Assembly (NCBI GenBank): GCA_051251915.1
Contig: JBPOGF010000001.1
Location: 32,001 to 96,000, forward strand
Origin: Akkermansiaceae bacterium
GTDB lineage: Bacteria; Verrucomicrobiota; Verrucomicrobiia; Verrucomicrobiales; Akkermansiaceae
Length of the DNA: 64,000 nt
Direction of reading: 5' to 3'
The notes beneath the pieces were generated by a model, which saw only the letters and a list, made by a program, of their open reading frames with translations, had not been told where the DNA came from and ran no database searches. Shown in pieces: positions 58,556-64,000 of this stretch; position 1 is the first letter of the stretch, and every line of letters begins with the position of its first letter. The translations under genes and the position numbers were made by a program.

Positions 58556-58786
58556 GTTTGTGGGTGATTGACTATTAGAGGGTAGGATCTATTGGGAGCG
58601 TGTTTCAGCTGTTTGATTAGTTGGTATACTGGCAATCTAGGCTTTTATTTCAATGACTTTATAATCAGTGGACTTAGTAAGTTCTTGATACTTAAAAAAT
58701 GGTAAGTGTTATATGACTATAATAAAAATTAATATATTAAATAAACATTGATTTTATTGACAAATCAGAGGTTTTTTCCTAAATAA

Positions 58787-58899
58787 GGGATACAGTAGTA
58801 AGAATCCTAATGCAGAACATTAGTTAGCTAAGGTTAAGAAGCTGTATTTCATTAAGTGTTTCCCCCAGTAACCCAAGCGGTTGCTGGGGGTTTTTATTT
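58787..58899 (+). ncRNA. Candidate orphan structured small RNA with intrinsic terminator
   Basis: TTGACA at 58757-58762 upstream, a three-way-junction fold at 58787-58850, then CCCCCAGTAACC-caagc-GGTTGCTGGGGG-TTTTTATTT. There is no plus-strand CDS to terminate. Confidence 0.5.
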
Positions 58900-58914
58900 G
58901 GTTGAATCTATGTT

Positions 58915-59892
58915 TTATTTTTTTAGCAAAGCATAAAGAGCGAACGATCCAAGCCAATGTTCTCCTTCGTAGCTACCACTCCATACTCCTTGTAGTCCCG
59001 CTTCTAGGTGTTCTTTTGCGGGGGTTTTGAGGTGTTCTAGGGATTGTGATAGTTCGGATAGGCACCAAGCGCGACTGAGGTTGAGGCCTACGAGATGGAC
59101 GATATGGCCGTCTTCTAAATCGCTTACATGGACAGGAGTTGCCCAGTTACCCAGTTCTCCATGTTGTAGGTTGGGTAAGTATTGGTTGAGCCAAACTTGG
59201 TAGTCATCTGGTGAGTAGACTTGTTTCATTAGGGTCGCGACATTTAGGCCTGGTGAGAAGAAGTCGTTTCCGCTTGGTTCGTAGCGGACAGGGTAATCGG
59301 TATCTGATCCGTAGAATTGCTTGGCTTTGGTGATGATTAGAGTTTCAAAATCTGTATCGCCGCTGGATCTGGCCCAGTCTAGCATTTGGCTTAGTGGGAA
59401 ACTACTTTCTGGGTGAAAGCCGCAACGCACTGGCCAGCTGAGCTTCTGGAGGTAAGTTTTAGCGTTGGTAACAATGGCTTGTTCAACGGGGGAGAATCGT
59501 GAATGCCAATCTAGGTTGCTATTGAGTAAGCGTAGTTCGATTCCTAAGCGCATGATCCAGGCCCAGCCATACATGCGTTCGAAGCTGGGATTGTTTAGTA
59601 GAAAGGAGGCTTCTTTTTTGAGGGCTTTACTGGAAAAACGAGCGTCTAGTAGTTCTCGGATTTCATTTGCCCATGTGGCTTCTGGAAAATGTCTGAGCAG
59701 GCAAACTAGGGTCCAGTGTCCGTGGACTGATGAGTGCCAGTCGAAGTGTCCGTTGAAGACGGCGTGAACTTCTCGTGGGCACTTGAGGTCGCTTGGGCTG
59801 GTCAGGACGGTTCCCATTTTATAAGGAAATTCTCTATTGATTCCAGACTTGGCAAGATTGACTAGGCGGTCTGCTAATTTCTCATCTAACAT
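58915..59892 (-). CDS. DUF2891 family protein
   Basis: FDWHSSVHGHW, FERMYGWAW, EPSGNDFFSP, HLVGLNLSRAW, YEGEHWLGSFA. Confidence 0.9.
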   Translation of the reverse strand: MLDEKLADRLVNLAKSGINREFPYKMGTVLTSPSDLKCPREVHAVFNGHFDWHSSVHGHWTLVCLLRHFPEATWANEIRELLDARFSSKALKKEASFLLNNPSFERMYGWAWIMRLGIELRLLNSNLDWHSRFSPVEQAIVTNAKTYLQKLSWPVRCGFHPESSFPLSQMLDWARSSGDTDFETLIITKAKQFYGSDTDYPVRYEPSGNDFFSPGLNVATLMKQVYSPDDYQVWLNQYLPNLQHGELGNWATPVHVSDLEDGHIVHLVGLNLSRAWCLSELSQSLEHLKTPAKEHLEAGLQGVWSGSYEGEHWLGSFALYALLKK

Positions 59893-59996
59893 GTTGGGAA
59901 TTTATACAATGCTGTGGTCTTAGTCGATAGATTTGCGATGATAAATAGGTGAGATGTTAGGCTTGCTCTCGTGATGTGATGATTTAAAATTTGATA

Positions 59997-60962
59997 ATGG
60001 ATAGACCAAAAATTGTTTTTCTTGATATGAATACGTTGCATAGTGGTGAGCTCGATTTGAGTGTGCTGGAGGAGTTTGGTGAGTTGGTGAGCTATCCTAC
60101 TACATCGGCTGATGAGGTTTTGGAGAGGTGTAAGGGCGCTAGGACGATTATTTCAAACAAGGTGGTGCTGAGTGCTGATGTTATTGCTAATTGTGGGGAG
60201 TTGAAGCAGATTATTTCTTGCGCGACAGGGGTTAACCAGATTGATCTGGAAGGAGCGAAGAAGCATGGTGTGGTAGTTCAGAATGTGGCGGGTTATAGTA
60301 CGGATTCAGTGGCGCAGCATGTGTGGGCGATGATTTTGACTCTTACCACGAAGGTGAATTTACTAGGGGCGGAGTCAGCAAATTGGCCGGATTTTCCCAT
60401 GTTCACTACTTTGAAATACCCTATTTTTGAAGTAAAGGGTAAGACCTTGGGGGTTGTGGGACTAGGTGAGATAGGGAAGCAGGTGGCTGCTATTGGGAGG
60501 AGTTTTGGTATGGAGGTTCAGGCTTTGAGTAGAACTGGTAAAGAGGTGGTTACTGATTGTGGGGTTAGAAAGCTGCCAGCGGGAGAGTTTTATGCTAGCT
60601 CGGATATTGTGTCGTTGCATTGTCCGCTTACGACAGAGAATGCTGGGATGATATCATCGGAAACGCTAGAGTTGATGAAGCCTTGTTCTATTCTGATTAA
60701 TACTGCGAGGGGGCCATTGATCAATGAGCAAGATTTAGCGGATGCGCTTGGTGCTGGGGTGATAGCGGCGGCGGGGCTTGATGTATTATCTTCTGAACCA
60801 CCAGAGAGAAATAATCCGCTAATTACTTACCAGGGTGAAAATTTACTGATCACTCCTCATACTGCGTGGAGTTCTATTGAGGCTAGACGTGTGCTTTTAA
60901 GTGGATTGGCTGAAAATCTAGAAAGCTATAATGCTGGTATTCCGTCTAATCTTATTTGTTAG
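59997..60962 (+). CDS. D-2-hydroxyacid dehydrogenase (glycerate dehydrogenase/hydroxypyruvate reductase-like)
   Basis: ATGVNQID, GYSTDSVAQH, GLGEIG, SLHCPL, INTARG, ITPHTAW. Confidence 0.9.
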   Translation: MDRPKIVFLDMNTLHSGELDLSVLEEFGELVSYPTTSADEVLERCKGARTIISNKVVLSADVIANCGELKQIISCATGVNQIDLEGAKKHGVVVQNVAGYSTDSVAQHVWAMILTLTTKVNLLGAESANWPDFPMFTTLKYPIFEVKGKTLGVVGLGEIGKQVAAIGRSFGMEVQALSRTGKEVVTDCGVRKLPAGEFYASSDIVSLHCPLTTENAGMISSETLELMKPCSILINTARGPLINEQDLADALGAGVIAAAGLDVLSSEPPERNNPLITYQGENLLITPHTAWSSIEARRVLLSGLAENLESYNAGIPSNLIC

Positions 60963-60981
60963 TGGTCATATCTTGTAGACG

Positions 60982-61012
60982 AAAAAGGCTCCTCAACGAG
61001 TGAGGAGCCTTT
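60982..61012. terminator. Bidirectional terminator between the dehydrogenase and glnII
   Basis: AAAAAGGCTCCTCA-acgag-TGAGGAGCCTTT. Confidence 0.85.
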
Positions 61013-61039
61013 GATGAAATTTGTATTCTCTAATTTAGA

Positions 61040-62053
61040 TTAGATAGAAACGGACTGGATAGTCTTAAGAACTCGTGATGAGATCTTGTATGGGCAACCT
61101 TGTGAGTTTGGACGACGGTCTTCAAGGTAACCTTGATACTTGTCATCTTTCACAAAGCTGTGAGGAACGCGGATAGACGCTCCACGGTCTGCAACCCCCC
61201 AAGAGAACTTGTCGATTGACTGAGTCTCGTGAAGTCCTGTGAGACGCTGATCGTTATCAGGTCCGTAAACAGCAATGTGCTCTTCGAGGTTTTCTTCGAA
61301 TGCGTCCATTAGTTTAAGGAAGTATTCTTTGCCGCCTACTTCTCTGAGGTGCTTAGTAGAGAAGTTACAGTGCATTCCTGAGCCATTCCAGTCACCTTTA
61401 ACTGGCTTACATGCGTATTCTACGTCGATGCCGTACTCTTCACAGAGACGCTCAAGGAGGAAACGAGCTACCCAGATTTCGTCTGCTGCGCGCTTGGATC
61501 CTTTTCCGAAGATTTGGAATTCCCATTGTCCTTTAGCAACTTCAGCATTGATGCCTTCGTGGTTGATGCCTGCTTCTAGGCAGTAGTCGAGGTGGATGTC
61601 AGTGATTTCTCTGCCGATGTCTCCTACGTTCTTGAAGCCAACACCACAGTAGTATTCACCTTGTGGGTTAGGGTAGCCGTCAACAGGGAAGCCGAGTGGG
61701 CGACCGTCTTGGTAGAGGAAATACTCCTGCTCATATCCGAACCATGTGTCTTCATCATCGAGGACAGTAGCGCGAGCGTTAGTAGGGTGTGCAGTTCCGT
61801 CAGGAAGCATTACTTCACACATGACAAGGATGCCGTGAGCGCGTGCTGGATCTGGGTAGAGTGCTACTGGCTTGAGAACACAATCAGAGTCACCACCGTC
61901 AGCTTGCTTAGTGGATGAGCCGTCGAAGCCCCAGTCAGGAAGTTGCTCTAGTGTTGGGAATTCGTCGAATTCTTTGATCATGCACTTAGTGCGGAGATTC
62001 TGAACTGGTGTGTAACCGTCCAGCCAGATGTAATCTAGTCTGTATTTAGCCAT
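61040..62053 (-). CDS. glnII: Glutamine synthetase type II
   Basis: 337 aa. YIWLDG, WGFDGSST, GINAEVAKGQWEFQ, DWNGSGMH, RLTGLHET, YLEDRRPNS. Confidence 0.93.
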   Translation of the reverse strand: MAKYRLDYIWLDGYTPVQNLRTKCMIKEFDEFPTLEQLPDWGFDGSSTKQADGGDSDCVLKPVALYPDPARAHGILVMCEVMLPDGTAHPTNARATVLDDEDTWFGYEQEYFLYQDGRPLGFPVDGYPNPQGEYYCGVGFKNVGDIGREITDIHLDYCLEAGINHEGINAEVAKGQWEFQIFGKGSKRAADEIWVARFLLERLCEEYGIDVEYACKPVKGDWNGSGMHCNFSTKHLREVGGKEYFLKLMDAFEENLEEHIAVYGPDNDQRLTGLHETQSIDKFSWGVADRGASIRVPHSFVKDDKYQGYLEDRRPNSQGCPYKISSRVLKTIQSVSI

Positions 62054-62120
62054 GTTGTGTATTATTTATTTTGGATGATTTTTAATGAGCACTCGCTCAG
62101 GTTATTAATTATTTATCATG

Positions 62121-62136
62121 AGCAATTTTCATGCCA
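62121..62136 (-). promoter_or_regulatory. Sigma-54 (-24/-12) promoter of glnII
   Basis: Minus strand TGGCATG-AAAA-TTGCT matches TGGCACG-N4-TTGCW, about 70 nt upstream of the ATG. Confidence 0.8.
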
Positions 62137-62322
62137 AGATTTAGTAGAATCCTCAGTTAAGAGTATTTCTTAAGAAATCGTGCTCATTTCTAGCGATGTG
62201 AGAATTTGTTGTCGAGGAAGAGTTTCAGCAAATGTGGCATTTCTTCTGATTACTTGAGTTTGGTGTTGCAAATCAGACAAATCTGGAGATTGTCGCCGCA
62301 GAATTTTAGACCACAAGTAATT

Positions 62323-64000
62323 ATGACTGACAAGATAAGAAACATCGCGATTATCGCACACGTTGACCACGGCAAAACTACTTTAGTAGATAAGCTGTTG
62401 GAAGCGGGTGGAGCGTATCGTGAAAACCAAGAGAAGGTAGAACGCGCGATGGATTCCATGGATCTTGAAAAAGAAAAAGGGATTACCATCAAATCTAAGA
62501 ATACATCAATCCATTGGGAAGATTATACAATTAACATTATTGATACTCCAGGGCACGCCGACTTCGGTGGTGAGGTGGAGCGTGTGATGAAGATGGTAGA
62601 TGGAGTCCTCCTAGTGGTGGATGCCTATGAAGGGCCACAGGCTCAGACGCGTTTTGTGTTAAAGAAAGCACTAGCAGAGGGTCTTCACCCGATCGTAGTG
62701 GTTAACAAGATAGATAGAGATTTCGCACGTCCTGAGGAAGTGCATGATATGGTGTTAGAGCTCTTTTTGGAGCTTGAGGCTTCTGAAGAGCAGTTTGAGG
62801 CACCATTTTTCTATGGTTCAGCTAAGAATGGTTTCTTTATTGGAAATTTAAAAGATGATCAGGTGGATATGCTTCCATTGCTTAAGGGGATCGTGGACAG
62901 TGTTCCTGCTCCTGAGGCAACAGCAGATGAGCCTTTCCGCATGTTGGCTTCTAATATTGACTGGGATAACTACGTTGGCAGAATTGCTCTCGGTAAGGTG
63001 CTCTCTGGTCAAGTCCAGAAGGGTGACAGTGTTTGGCTGCACCGTAAGGATGGCACAAAGGTGCGTAGTAAGGTGAGCCGTGTGTTTGAGTATGGTTCTT
63101 CTGCTAGTGCTGAGTCAGCGGTGGCATCAGCTGGAAACATTGTAGGTATTGCAGGTTTTGAAGATATTGATATTGGTGAAACTTTAGCTGCTGCAGAAGA
63201 TGCGGAGGCATTACCATTTGTAAATATTGATCCTCCTACGATCCAGATGCAGTTCAGCATTAATGATGGACCGTATGCAGGTAGAGATGGCAAGCACGTG
63301 ACATCACGCGCTATCCGTGACCGCCTGTTCCGTGAGGTAAAGACTAACATCTCTATTGAGGTGAGTGATTCTGACCGCGCTGGTGTGTTCAATGTGGCAG
63401 CTCGTGGAGCGATGCAGATCGCGGTTCTTGTAGAGACAATGCGTCGTGAAGGATTTGAGGTTCTTGTTTCTAGACCAAGTGTAATTCTGAAGAAGGATGA
63501 GCATGGTAAGATGCTTGAGCCATTTGAGACTCTCTATGTAGAATGTCCAGAAGACGCCCTCGGTGGTGTGATGAAGACACTCGCTAACCGTAAGGCTCGC
63601 GTAGAGAACATGGGTATGAATGCTCATGGTTCTACTCTTGAGGCGACAGTTTCTACTCGTGGATTGATTGGATTTGAGTTCGAACTACTCGGACTAACAA
63701 GTGGTCATGGTATCATGTCTCACCTGTTTAAAGAGTATGCTCCATACTGTGGTGATATTTCTACTCGCTCTACTGGAACACTTATTTCAATGGCGACAGG
63801 AACAGCGATTCAGTATTCACTTCTTCCACTAGAGGATAGAGGTAAGCTTTTCATTAAGCCCGGTGATGAGGTTTATGAAGGTCAGGTAATTGGTGAGAAC
63901 CCACGCATGGTGGATCTTGCGGTGAACCCGATTAAAGAGAAAGCTCTTACTAACCACAGATCTGCTGGTAAGGATAATACACAGACACTTGCTCCACCGA
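62323..64000 (+). CDS. typA: Translational GTPase TypA/BipA (partial, runs off window end)
   Basis: [56 protein letters not shown]. Missing from the ORF track because there is no stop in the window. Confidence 0.97.
   Translation, partial: MTDKIRNIAIIAHVDHGKTTLVDKLLEAGGAYRENQEKVERAMDSMDLEKEKGITIKSKNTSIHWEDYTINIIDTPGHADFGGEVERVMKMVDGVLLVVDAYEGPQAQTRFVLKKALAEGLHPIVVVNKIDRDFARPEEVHDMVLELFLELEASEEQFEAPFFYGSAKNGFFIGNLKDDQVDMLPLLKGIVDSVPAPEATADEPFRMLASNIDWDNYVGRIALGKVLSGQVQKGDSVWLHRKDGTKVRSKVSRVFEYGSSASAESAVASAGNIVGIAGFEDIDIGETLAAAEDAEALPFVNIDPPTIQMQFSINDGPYAGRDGKHVTSRAIRDRLFREVKTNISIEVSDSDRAGVFNVAARGAMQIAVLVETMRREGFEVLVSRPSVILKKDEHGKMLEPFETLYVECPEDALGGVMKTLANRKARVENMGMNAHGSTLEATVSTRGLIGFEFELLGLTSGHGIMSHLFKEYAPYCGDISTRSTGTLISMATGTAIQYSLLPLEDRGKLFIKPGDEVYEGQVIGENPRMVDLAVNPIKEKALTNHRSAGKDNTQTLAPP

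Noticed and set aside
58556..58914. AT-rich spacer with an IHF-like site as replication origin
   Set aside because: No DnaA-box cluster is present and there is no visible change in strand skew.

Overview
This is chromosomal DNA from a Verrucomicrobiota bacterium, probably marine and Rubritaleaceae-like. That call is inferred from the VPEPSSTALLGLG..RRKR PEP-CTERM tail, a Verru_Chthon-A-like pseudopilin gene and four Cys-type sulfatases. The + strand is strongly G/T-skewed. Bases 1-16.5 kb are an accessory sulfated-glycan locus: Verru_Chthon-A-like gene, discoidin-domain sensor kinase with a NarL regulator, PEP-CTERM protein, esterases, two sulfatases, a LamG-containing unknown protein and an eroded NPCBM pseudogene. 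The rest is mostly core genome: tRNA-Arg(TCT), hemL, nrdR, heme O/A and Sco assembly genes, smc, hydroxyproline epimerase/deaminase, folD, lysA, lpdA, split creB/creC, glnII and partial typA. I saw no CRISPR array, rRNA, transposase or integrase. The best leads are: (1) a 21-bp operator present twice, each time exactly 19 nt before a -10 box, driving the two genes that flank the glycan-sensing two-component system; (2) tandem NrdR boxes 31 bp apart upstream of smc, plus a degenerate ATP-cone gene directly behind nrdR; (3) an intact but apparently catalytically dead HDAC-fold gene behind a 1398-aa membrane-anchored coiled-coil gene; (4) an orphan structured small-RNA candidate with its own terminator at about 58.8 kb. 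All protein family calls come from reading motifs by eye; no database searches were run.
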